A model generated the notes under the pieces. That model saw only the letters and a program-made list of their open reading frames with translations. It made no database searches and had not been told where the DNA came from. Made by a program: the position numbers and the translations under genes. Shown here piece by piece: positions 15,389 through 23,285 of a stretch of 32,000 nucleotides of DNA (positions are counted from its first letter, which is position 1; the number at the start of each line of letters is the position of its first letter). Source of the DNA: Opitutales bacterium (lineage in GTDB: Bacteria; Verrucomicrobiota; Verrucomicrobiia; Opitutales; PNEW01); the NCBI GenBank assembly GCA_965219535.1, contig CBDCNV010000001.1, positions 1,170,001 to 1,202,000 of the forward strand, given 5' to 3'.

Positions 15389-16257
15389 TTAATCTGTTCC
15401 TGCAAGGCGGCGGTTTCTTCCATTAGCTTCATAAACGGTAGCGTTTTGCGCACGAGCGTTTTCCAATCGGGTATTGGAGGGACGCTGTCCAGCGCTAAAT
15501 AACCGTTGAACCCGATCTCGTTCAACGTGCGCATCACGTCGAGGAAATCGATATGACCAGTGCCGGGCGCCTGACGGTTACTGTCGGCAAGGTGGATGTA
15601 GCACAGGCGGTCACCCCCTCGCCGCAAGGTGTCAGTGATCGGACCGTCCTCTATGTTGACGTGAAAAAAGTCGGCCAGGACATAGAGATTGTCCATCCCT
15701 AGTTGTTCCACGATACTCATTGCTTCATGGATAGTGTTCATGAATCCGGCATACGATTCGAACCGGTTACAAGGCTCAATCGCAATTTTCACGTCACGCT
15801 CCGCAGCGTACTTTGTAATTTCTTCTGTCGTTTGTAAGAAATTCTCGAACAGTTCGTCGTAAGGTATGCTCGTTTGCGGGTAACCGGTGTCTTTCGGGCA
15901 GGGAACAATTTCATAGTAGGGAGGTTCCTCGAACGTGGCCGCCAGATCGACACACATTTTCGCGTATCTGACGGCATTGGCGCGGACCGCTGCATCGGGA
16001 GAGGCTAAATCCCGCTCCTCCCCGGCGTGCCAACAAGCCCAGGCTCCAAGGAGAGCCGGGATCTTCAGCCCAAGGGACGTGGCCATGTCTCGAACCTCGT
16101 TGAATTTCTTTTCAGGGATTCGATCCGGTTCCGCATCGAGGTCGACGCCATCATATCCCGCTTCCGCAATTGTTTCCAACACTTCGCGTGGGTTTTTCCA
16201 GACATCCCCACCATCTTCGGCGAGGTTTGCGAGAACGACAGAGTATTTGTGGCTCAT
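15382..16257 (-). CDS. sugar phosphate isomerase/epimerase (xylose isomerase-like TIM barrel), tandem paralog 1
   Basis: 291 aa from MSHKYSV (the same N-terminus as paralog 2; the 8-codon upstream extension in the ORF track is not conserved). Motifs: IAIEPCNRFE, HVNIEDG, YIHLADSNRQAPGTGHIDF. Confidence 0.85.
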   Translation of the reverse strand: MSHKYSVVLANLAEDGGDVWKNPREVLETIAEAGYDGVDLDAEPDRIPEKKFNEVRDMATSLGLKIPALLGAWACWHAGEERDLASPDAAVRANAVRYAKMCVDLAATFEEPPYYEIVPCPKDTGYPQTSIPYDELFENFLQTTEEITKYAAERDVKIAIEPCNRFESYAGFMNTIHEAMSIVEQLGMDNLYVLADFFHVNIEDGPITDTLRRGGDRLCYIHLADSNRQAPGTGHIDFLDVMRTLNEIGFNGYLALDSVPPIPDWKTLVRKTLPFMKLMEETAALQEQIKH

Positions 16258-16408
16258 GGCGATATCCCTAAGGAGCGACAAGTGGTTTTTGTCGAATAAT
16301 TAGGGTCAAATGGATAGGGGTGGATGAATGATTTAAATCAAAATGCATTTTTTACGACCTTCGACTTTAGACCTTCGACATTAGACTCCTCTCCTAAAAC
16401 CTAACACA

Positions 16409-16430
16409 ACACTAGGCAGTAGCCTAGTGT
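16409..16430 (-). terminator. 9-bp hairpin containing the stop codon (paralogous to 15367..15388)
   Basis: mRNA sense is ACACUAGGC-UACU-GCCUAGUGU. The closing pair has changed G-C to A-U relative to paralog 1. Confidence 0.5.
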
Positions 16431-17299
16431 TTTATTTTCTCCTGTAAAGCGGCGGTTGCTTCCATTTGTTTCATGAAAGGAAGTGTCTGACGTACGAGTG
16501 TTTTCCAATCGGGTAGTGGGGGAATACTATCCAGTGCCAGGTAACCGTCGAACCCGATTTCATTCAGGGTACGGATTACGTCGAGGAAATCGATGTGCCC
16601 GGTCCCGGGCGCCTGACGGTTGCTGTCGGCCAGGTGAATGTGGTAGAGTCGTTCACCCGCGCTCCGTAAAGCTTCGGTAATTGGGCCATCTTCCATGTTG
16701 ACGTGAAAAAAGTCTGCCAGGATATAGAGATTGTCCATTTCAACCTGCTCTATTAAATTCATTACCTCTGGAATAGTATTCATAAATCCAGAATACGACT
16801 CGAACCGGTTTATCGGTTCGATCGCAATATTCACATTACGCTCCGCCGCGTGTTTTGTAATTACTTCTGTCGATTGTAAGAAATTTTCGTATAGTTTGCT
16901 GTAAGGAATGCTGGTGCGCGGGTAACCGGATTCAACCGGGCAGGGCACTATTTCATAGCACGGGGGTTCGTCGAATGTAGCTGCCAGGTCGACACACTTT
17001 TTCGCGTAAGCGACTGCATTAGCGCGGATGGCGGCATCAGGTGAGGCCAAATTGCGCTCCTCACCGGCGTGCCAGTAACCCCAGGCTCCAACGAGAAACG
17101 GGATCTTCAGCCCGAGGGAAGTGGCCATATCTCGTACCTCGTTGAATTTCTCTGCAGGGATTCTATCCGGTTCCGCATCGAGGTCGACGCCATCGTATCC
17201 CGCTTCCGCAACCGTTTCCAATACTTCGCGAGGATTTTTCCAGACGTCACCACCATCTGCGGCAAGGGTGCAAAGGATAACCGAGTACTTATGGCTCAT
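16424..17299 (-). CDS. sugar phosphate isomerase/epimerase (xylose isomerase-like TIM barrel), tandem paralog 2
   Basis: 291 aa, collinear with 15382..16257 and roughly four-fifths identical by eye. Confidence 0.85.
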   Translation of the reverse strand: MSHKYSVILCTLAADGGDVWKNPREVLETVAEAGYDGVDLDAEPDRIPAEKFNEVRDMATSLGLKIPFLVGAWGYWHAGEERNLASPDAAIRANAVAYAKKCVDLAATFDEPPCYEIVPCPVESGYPRTSIPYSKLYENFLQSTEVITKHAAERNVNIAIEPINRFESYSGFMNTIPEVMNLIEQVEMDNLYILADFFHVNMEDGPITEALRSAGERLYHIHLADSNRQAPGTGHIDFLDVIRTLNEIGFDGYLALDSIPPLPDWKTLVRQTLPFMKQMEATAALQEKIKH

Positions 17300-17454
17300 G
17301 ATGTCATTCCGAGGGAGCGTTTAGTGTGGGTTGTATATTAGTCGGTGTAAAGGGGGGCAAGCAATTGGGTATAGTTAGGATATTTTCGTCCATGTCTTCG
17401 TCCCGCATTCGCGGGAGGACTACGCCGTGGCAAGCGAAGAAGAAGCAATTGAGC

Positions 17455-18210
17455 TTAAATAAATTTGTCAGCTGAGTCCTGGGGTTCGAAGCCGACGACC
17501 TCGCGGGCATGGGTAATATCGCGGTAACTCCACTTGTTGTTCGATACGCCGTAGAAAATATCGTATTTCAGACTGTCAGGTGCTTCGATGCACTTTTCTA
17601 TTAACTGTGCAATGTCACGTTGACTGCACCAGATTGCATTCTGACGCGTTTGAAGGGGCTTATCTTCAGCGTTAACACCACCTATGCGAAGGCAAATGAT
17701 GGAGAGATCGGTGGTATCCGTGAAGTGACGTGCCAGGGCCTCACCCCATATTTTACTCGCTCCATAAAGACCTATCGGACGTGTGACCGATTCATGCGTC
17801 ATCATATCCCAGGAGTCGGGTGCTTCATCGTAATTACCTTCTGCTATAGCCTTATACGGATTTTCTTTCTCCCAACCGGCAATCGTTGCACCACTGCTTG
17901 CTGAGACAATCCGTTTAACTCCGGCACACCTTGACGCTTCAAAGACATTGTAAGTACCAATGACATTTGCATTATGGATCTTATCCCAAGTTGCACCTAA
18001 TTTTGCAAAGGCAGCCAGATGGACGACTACATCCTGACCCTCAAATGCGGGCCGGATCGCATCCAAGTCCGCGATATCAGCCTGAAGACATTTAACTCCG
18101 GGGACGTCGCTACGATTGAGCGCGCTGAGCTCATACTTCCCTTCTAACTGCTTGCGCACTGCACCACCTATCAGTCCACTCATTCCGGTTATTAGCACTT
18201 TTTTACTCAT
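17455..18210 (-). CDS. NAD-dependent epimerase/dehydratase (extended SDR)
   Basis: VLITGMSGLIGGAV (GxxGxxG) and YGASK (YxxxK). An ATG at 18210 is preceded by an in-frame GTG at 18213. Confidence 0.8.
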   Translation of the reverse strand: MSKKVLITGMSGLIGGAVRKQLEGKYELSALNRSDVPGVKCLQADIADLDAIRPAFEGQDVVVHLAAFAKLGATWDKIHNANVIGTYNVFEASRCAGVKRIVSASSGATIAGWEKENPYKAIAEGNYDEAPDSWDMMTHESVTRPIGLYGASKIWGEALARHFTDTTDLSIICLRIGGVNAEDKPLQTRQNAIWCSQRDIAQLIEKCIEAPDSLKYDIFYGVSNNKWSYRDITHAREVVGFEPQDSADKFI

Positions 18211-18454
18211 CACGCTTCTACGGTTGTTAGTTTAGAAAATGGGTCAAGTTCGAATGAATTAAAAATCAGTTGAATGTTCATTAAACGCGGTAGGGACACC
18301 GCGTTCCACCACTTTTGATTTATTCAATATCATCATAAAAAGAAGTATAGGTGGAGCGAGCTGTCTCAGCGCGCTTCTTAAAATACACTTAATAAAGGGC
18401 GGTTGGACTATACTCATCACAGGTCGCATTTCACCTTTTTGTTATTTAACTATA

Positions 18455-18487
18455 AGGACGAAGACGAGGAGGCAGACGCAGACGAAG
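18455..18487. repeat. GACGAAGAC-type hexamer-periodic arm (AGGACGAAGACGAGGAGGCAGACGCAGACGAAG), no adjacent partner
   Basis: It is near-identical to 31747..31781 and complementary to 20383..20411. Confidence 0.8.
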
Positions 18488-18703
18488 CTATTGAAACTTA
18501 ACAGTTCTAAGCATAACAGAAAGGCCAGTCTTTTCATTTCTCTTCAATTATCACTGAATTAAGCAGGGTAGATTCCCCTTCTCATTCTTCCCTTTGTAAA
18601 AAACTCATCGAATACGGATTTTAATTGGAATATTTCGTTACGGTGACCATATTATAGCTATCGTTTTAGGATAAACAAGCTCTCAACAAGAAAGGAATAG
18701 GAC

Positions 18704-20209
18704 ATGATCGCAACACAAGAAGCTGCATTTCCCGAAGTCGGGTTTTCTCCAAAAGCAAAGGAATTTATCTCATCACCGAAACAGATGCTGATCGACGGCC
18801 AATGGGTCGATGCTGCATCCGGTAAAACGTTTCCCGTGTATAATCCGGCAACGGGTGAAGAAATTGTTCAAATCGCTGAAGGCGAAAAAGAAGATATCGA
18901 GCGCGCCGTGACAGCGGCAAGAAACTCTTTTGAGAAAGGTGTCTGGCGTAAATTAACACCTTCAGAAAGAGGAAGTATCGTTTGGAAAATTGGGGATCTC
19001 ATCGCGGAGAATGCCGAAGAGTTTGCCGAACTGGAATCGATCGACAATGGAAAACCCAAAGCGGTTGCCAGTGTTGCAGATCTGCCACTCGCGATTGATC
19101 TCTTTCATTATATGGCTGGATGGGCGACAAAGCTTGAAGGCAATACGATTCCTATTTCTATGCCGGGCAGTTATCACGCTTACACGATGAGAGAACCCGT
19201 CGGTGTTGTCGGACAGATCATCCCCTGGAATTTTCCATTGCTTATGGCTGCCTGGAAATTAGGGCCTGCCTTAACAACCGGAAATAGTATTGTCCTCAAA
19301 CCCGCTGAACAGACACCACTGAGTGCAATACGCCTGGGTGAACTTCTTGCGGAAGCTGGCGTTCCCGATGGCGTTATTAATATTGTGCCCGGTTATGGTG
19401 AAGCCGGGGCGGCATTAGCCGCTCATGATGGGGTGGATAAAGTCGCATTCACGGGTTCAACTGAAGTCGGTAAACTCATTGTTCAAGCCGCCGCAGGGAA
19501 TTTAAAAAAGCTTACCCTGGAATTAGGAGGAAAATCTCCCAATGTTCTTTATAAAGACGTCCCCGATTTAGGAGCCGCGATCGAAGGTGCCGCAAACGCG
19601 ATCTTTTTCAATCACGGCCAATGCTGTTGCGCGGGCTCGCGCTTGTATGTTGAAGCCGACGTTTTTGATGATGTCCTTAGTGGGGTCGCAGAACACGCCA
19701 ACAATATAAAAGTCGGGCCTGGTTTAGCTGGCGACACTGAAATGGGGCCGCTCGTTTCAGACGAACAATTGGAACGCGTCTGCGGCTATATGGCTTCAGG
19801 AGTCGAGCAAGGAGCCGAACAGGTTGCGGGTGGTAATCGTCTCGGTGATTCCGGGTATTTCGTCCAACCGACGGTATATACCAAGACGAATCAAGATATG
19901 AAAATTGTTAAGGAAGAAATTTTCGGACCTGTCGTGGTTGTCGAACCCTTTAAGGAAGGCGACCCGCTTTTACAAAACGCTAATGATAGTTCCTACGGTT
20001 TAGCCGCCGCGGTGTGGACGAGTGATATTTCTAAAGCGCATCGGACCGCCGCTGAACTACGTGCCGGTACGGTATGGGTAAATTGTTACAATGTATTCGA
20101 TGCCGCGCTGCCATTCGGCGGCTATAAACAATCCGGTTGGGGTCGGGAAATGGGTCACGAGGTTCTAAACAATTATACCCAAACTAAGGCCGTTGTCGTC
20201 GCATTGTAA
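18704..20209 (+). CDS. NAD(P)-dependent aldehyde dehydrogenase
   Basis: 501 aa with ELGGKSP, FNHGQCCCAGSR (catalytic Cys) and EEIFGPV. AAGGAA SD. Confidence 0.9.
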   Translation: MIATQEAAFPEVGFSPKAKEFISSPKQMLIDGQWVDAASGKTFPVYNPATGEEIVQIAEGEKEDIERAVTAARNSFEKGVWRKLTPSERGSIVWKIGDLIAENAEEFAELESIDNGKPKAVASVADLPLAIDLFHYMAGWATKLEGNTIPISMPGSYHAYTMREPVGVVGQIIPWNFPLLMAAWKLGPALTTGNSIVLKPAEQTPLSAIRLGELLAEAGVPDGVINIVPGYGEAGAALAAHDGVDKVAFTGSTEVGKLIVQAAAGNLKKLTLELGGKSPNVLYKDVPDLGAAIEGAANAIFFNHGQCCCAGSRLYVEADVFDDVLSGVAEHANNIKVGPGLAGDTEMGPLVSDEQLERVCGYMASGVEQGAEQVAGGNRLGDSGYFVQPTVYTKTNQDMKIVKEEIFGPVVVVEPFKEGDPLLQNANDSSYGLAAAVWTSDISKAHRTAAELRAGTVWVNCYNVFDAALPFGGYKQSGWGREMGHEVLNNYTQTKAVVVAL

Positions 20210-20297
20210 GGCGTAGGAAATTATTAGCAGTTTTTAAGTTTAAACTAAGGGGCGTAAGGGGTGATTCCCCTTCGTCCCGAAGATTTGATATAGGATC

Positions 20298-20357
20298 ATG
20301 GTGGAACGCGCTGCGATTCGGCTGAGCTCATCGAAGTCCTGTCCGACATAGCCTTGG
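20298..20357. repeat. dispersed repeat, copy 2 (inverted relative to 9993..10078)
   Basis: atggtggaacgcgctgcgattcggctgagctcatcgaagtcctgtccgacatagccttgg. Confidence 0.8.
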
Positions 20358-20382
20358 GTTGCAAGAAACAGGTTGTGAAATA

Positions 20383-20606
20383 ATCTTCGTCTTTGTCTGC
20401 CTCTTCGTCTCAGAGGATTCAAGGATTAGTGAGACACTAAACTTCATCTAATCCTACACTCGCTCATAGGTTACCGGGAGTATAGAAATAAATTGGACAA
20501 GGATTAGTGAGACACTAAACTTCATCTAATCCTACACTCGCTCATAGGTTACCGGGAGTATAGAAATAAATTGGACGAAGACGAAGAGAATGACGAAGAC
20601 GAAGAT
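20383..20606. repeat. CTTCGTC/GACGAAG hairpin element whose loop carries a 2 x 78-bp tandem duplication
   Basis: Arms at 20383..20411 and 20573..20606 are imperfectly complementary and use the same unit vocabulary as 31683..31781. Confidence 0.75.
20421..20576. repeat. perfect tandem duplication, 2 x 78 bp
   Basis: 20421..20498 and 20499..20576 are identical base for base. Each unit contains the hairpin AGGATTAG-N18-CTAATCCT. Confidence 0.95.
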
Positions 20607-20611
20607 CCCCT

Positions 20612-21298
20612 TTACATAATCCCATAGGTATCGAAGGCTTCCTGAGAGGGCATTCCCTCTTCAATGGACTTTCGAACCATGTTCTCACCTCTGACTTTTT
20701 CCAGCGCGCGATTGACTACATCCTCCTCGTGCTCCTGGGGAATGATGACAACACCGTCAATATCGCCAAAAACAATATCGCCGGGGCTTACCTCAACTCC
20801 ATTGGGGAACTCGATCCTGCAGCGAAAGTCAATGACCCGACCGCGAACGCCTTGGTCCTGCGCGTACCGACCGGTAGAAAAAGTAGGAAAATTTAATTTC
20901 AAAATGCCGTTCGTATCACGACTGACCCCGTTTACAACAGCACCCACAGCTTTTCTTTTCATAGCGCGCACACTCATGAGTTCCCCCCAAAGGGCATAGG
21001 TTGGTGAAGCTCCGGATGTTATGTAGACTTCCCCCTCATTCAAATCGTCCAGGGCTTTAAACATTAAACCGAAAGGTTTATCGCGACCTTTCTCGAAAGG
21101 TGCCCTATCCCCGTAATCTGCTTCCTGCACGGGCATCGCTCTGCCAATGACGATCATATCATCCCGCAAGGGCTGTATCTGTCTTGGCAAAAATTGATGG
21201 AACAAGTCTATATCATCCATGACATCTCCAACAACGGCAGAAAATAACTCCCGATTGAGGAGATCAAAAAGCTCAGTGTCGTTATTCCAGTCAGGCAT
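20612..21298 (-). CDS. RraA-family protein (second paralog)
   Basis: 228 aa with WGELMSVRAMKRKAVGAVVNGVSRD and GDIVFGDIDGVVIIP. It starts 34 nt downstream of the ThrC-like gene, so co-transcription is likely. Confidence 0.8.
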   Translation of the reverse strand: MPDWNNDTELFDLLNRELFSAVVGDVMDDIDLFHQFLPRQIQPLRDDMIVIGRAMPVQEADYGDRAPFEKGRDKPFGLMFKALDDLNEGEVYITSGASPTYALWGELMSVRAMKRKAVGAVVNGVSRDTNGILKLNFPTFSTGRYAQDQGVRGRVIDFRCRIEFPNGVEVSPGDIVFGDIDGVVIIPQEHEEDVVNRALEKVRGENMVRKSIEEGMPSQEAFDTYGIM

Positions 21299-21332
21299 TT
21301 TAAGTTAAACGATCTATTGAGAGATTTTAATG

Positions 21333-22568
21333 TCAGGTCAAGCTTTCCACTTGCGCCGCTTTTACGAGCGTCGATGACAGCTCTTTTAGATCAGTCGACT
21401 CTTTCTTTAGCGGTCGACATTCCATCGTCGTCGCGGTCTCTCTGAAACCGGATCCGCTGATCATCGCGACAACGCGATCTTTTGGCTGTAGTTTTCCAGA
21501 GTCTACTAATTTACTTAACCCCGCGAGGCACGCGCCGCTCGAAGGTTCTATGTACAGTCCCTCACTATGGCCGATTTTTTGTTGAGCGTTCAACGCTTCT
21601 TCATCGGTGACCGAGATAAAAAAGCCCTCTGAGGCTTTTATCGCGCGTGGTGATTCAAGTTGGTCAGGGGGGTAGGGATGAGCTAATTTTACTAGGACCG
21701 AGGGTGGAGCATCTTCAAAGGGCATAGCCAAAACATCATTCCAATTCGCTATGCCCTGATCAAATGCGATTTCCAATGCATTGTAATCGTGTGGAACCAC
21801 GCCGATCATCTTCGGGCATGTGGTAATTATATTTAATTTTTTTAGATCAGAAAACCCCCGCCAAATACCAGAGATACTCCCGCCGCCGCCGACAGGTACT
21901 ACCATCCAATCCGGTGCGCGGCCTAATTGTTCGACAATTTCAAAGGCAATCGTTTTGTTCCCCTCGCTTTGGTAGGGATTTGTCTTTCTGCTTGTGGAAG
22001 TAGAGTAGAGTCCATGCTCACGGCAGATATCAGCGACTAGATCAACAACCGGATCAATATCGGCACTGACTTCCACAAGAGTAGCACCCAGCATATAGAG
22101 GGGATAGAGTCTTTCCGCCGGGGTGCACTCGCACATTACGATTACACTGCGCATCCCAGCGCGAGCCGATAAGGCTGCATTGGAAACGCCCGCGCTTCCC
22201 GTCGATACGATATAAGTGACTTCAGCACCGATACTTTTCCCATGATTTATGGCCACTGATAGAGCGCGATCCTTGTGTGACCCCGTGGGATTTCGCGTCT
22301 CGTCTTTTACATAAATCTCATGGTTGCCATAAGCTCGGGTGGAAAGGAGGGGAGTAGCCCCTTCATCGAGGGTAACCAAACTATCAGGATTAGTAATCGG
22401 TAAAAGCGGCCAATAGCGCCACATATTGTGTCGAAAACGATCATCCCAAATCACGTCTTTGAAATTATAGTCAAATCCGAGTAGTCCGGAGCAGCTGGTG
22501 CAAACCATCGCCATGGGGTCGGTTTCTTCCCGCTCACATTCAAGACAGACTTTTTTAAAATGACTCAT
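21333..22568 (-). CDS. threonine synthase-like PLP-dependent enzyme with N-terminal Cys4 zinc ribbon
   Basis: The start is placed at MSHFKKVCLECE..CTSCSG (CxxC..CxxC). PLP-lysine context NPTGSHKDR and glycine loop VPVGGGGSISG. The 42-codon upstream extension in the ORF track runs through repeats. Confidence 0.8.
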   Translation of the reverse strand: MSHFKKVCLECEREETDPMAMVCTSCSGLLGFDYNFKDVIWDDRFRHNMWRYWPLLPITNPDSLVTLDEGATPLLSTRAYGNHEIYVKDETRNPTGSHKDRALSVAINHGKSIGAEVTYIVSTGSAGVSNAALSARAGMRSVIVMCECTPAERLYPLYMLGATLVEVSADIDPVVDLVADICREHGLYSTSTSRKTNPYQSEGNKTIAFEIVEQLGRAPDWMVVPVGGGGSISGIWRGFSDLKKLNIITTCPKMIGVVPHDYNALEIAFDQGIANWNDVLAMPFEDAPPSVLVKLAHPYPPDQLESPRAIKASEGFFISVTDEEALNAQQKIGHSEGLYIEPSSGACLAGLSKLVDSGKLQPKDRVVAMISGSGFRETATTMECRPLKKESTDLKELSSTLVKAAQVESLT

Positions 22569-22587
22569 TGTTGTGTATAGGCGGGTT

Positions 22588-22695
22588 ATGCGTGTATGCG
22601 ATGAAGCGTGCCGAGGGCGAAGCCCGACATCCTCAAATGCGTGTATGCGGTATAGTGCGAACAAGTGGCTCGAGGGTAAAGCCTGATATCCCAAA
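22588..22695. repeat. imperfect tandem direct repeat (~49 + ~58 bp), each unit starting ATGCGTGTATGCG
   Basis: Units at 22588..22636 and 22637..22695 share atgcgtgtatgcg..gagggYRaagccYgaYatcc. They lie in the 5' region of the ThrC-like gene. Confidence 0.8.
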
Positions 22696-22728
22696 AAAAA
22701 TTAAGATTATGTATATAATGCATTCTAC

Positions 22729-22865
22729 CTTGTCATTGCGAAGGAGGCGTAGCCGACTGCGGCAATCCAGGGGAATGTCGGTCACGTATTGACAGCCCCC
22801 TGGATCGCCACGGCTGACAAGCAGCCTCGCGATGACAAAGGGAATCAATCGACTATCTGAATTTC
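22729..22865. repeat. ~135-bp imperfect palindromic element, copy B (inverted relative to 5633..5770)
   Basis: The arms match the reverse complement of copy A with 1 mismatch in the left arm and 2 in the right flank. The central 23 nt (22774..22796) are in the opposite orientation. Confidence 0.9.
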
Positions 22866-23201
22866 AGTCACTCCGGCTTGCTTGTTCAGTTTATCGAGTC
22901 GCATTTGCAGTTCAGTTTCCAGGAGCTTAAGTGTTATAAGTTCTCTCGCCTCCTGTATCTCTGCATGAAGTTGCCCCTCGGTCTCGGAGGGTGTATCAAA
23001 CATTTGATCGGGGAATCGAAGCCAGAACTCTATTAGTTTTCGCGGCGATATTTGATAAAGGTAAGGTTTTTCGGGTAATGAAATTCGAAACCTACTTGGA
23101 GAATCATTTGAAGGTTCAGCCGTAAATATATTAACATCTCCGTAAAGTGGAGAGACTGAAAGGGGGATGAGAATAAATATTATACTAAGTTTAATTTTCA
23201 T
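22845..23201 (-). CDS. small secreted hypothetical protein
   Basis: The start is placed at MKIKLSIIFILIPLSVSPLYG (signal peptide). The C-terminal half is predicted helical. The last ~7 codons and the stop lie inside repeat copy B. Confidence 0.45.
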   Translation of the reverse strand: MKIKLSIIFILIPLSVSPLYGDVNIFTAEPSNDSPSRFRISLPEKPYLYQISPRKLIEFWLRFPDQMFDTPSETEGQLHAEIQEARELITLKLLETELQMRLDKLNKQAGVTEIQIVD

Positions 23202-23285
23202 GATTCTGAGGTGAAGTATAGAATTTACCATTACATTACAACGCAACGATTAATACAAAGTCTCCACTCTAATTGATTATTGGAA

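Noticed and set aside
16258-16281. 8-codon extension (MSLLRDIA) of TIM-barrel paralog 1
   Set aside because: Paralog 2 starts at the equivalent MSHKYSV, and the extension is not conserved in the duplicated unit.
18440-18536. 31-aa hydrophobic minus-strand ORF (MKRLAFLLCLELLSFNSFVCVCLLVFVLIVK)
   Set aside because: More than half of it is the CTTCGTC repeat arm read in frame, so the hydrophobicity is a by-product of the repeat.
20421-20576. 2 x 78-bp repeat considered as a CRISPR-like array
   Set aside because: There are only two directly abutting identical units with no spacers and no cas genes. It is a plain tandem duplication.
22569-22694. 42-codon upstream extension of the ThrC-like ORF
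   Set aside because: It runs through the tandem CATACACGCAT repeats. The zinc-ribbon N-terminus typical of this family starts at the ATG at 22568.
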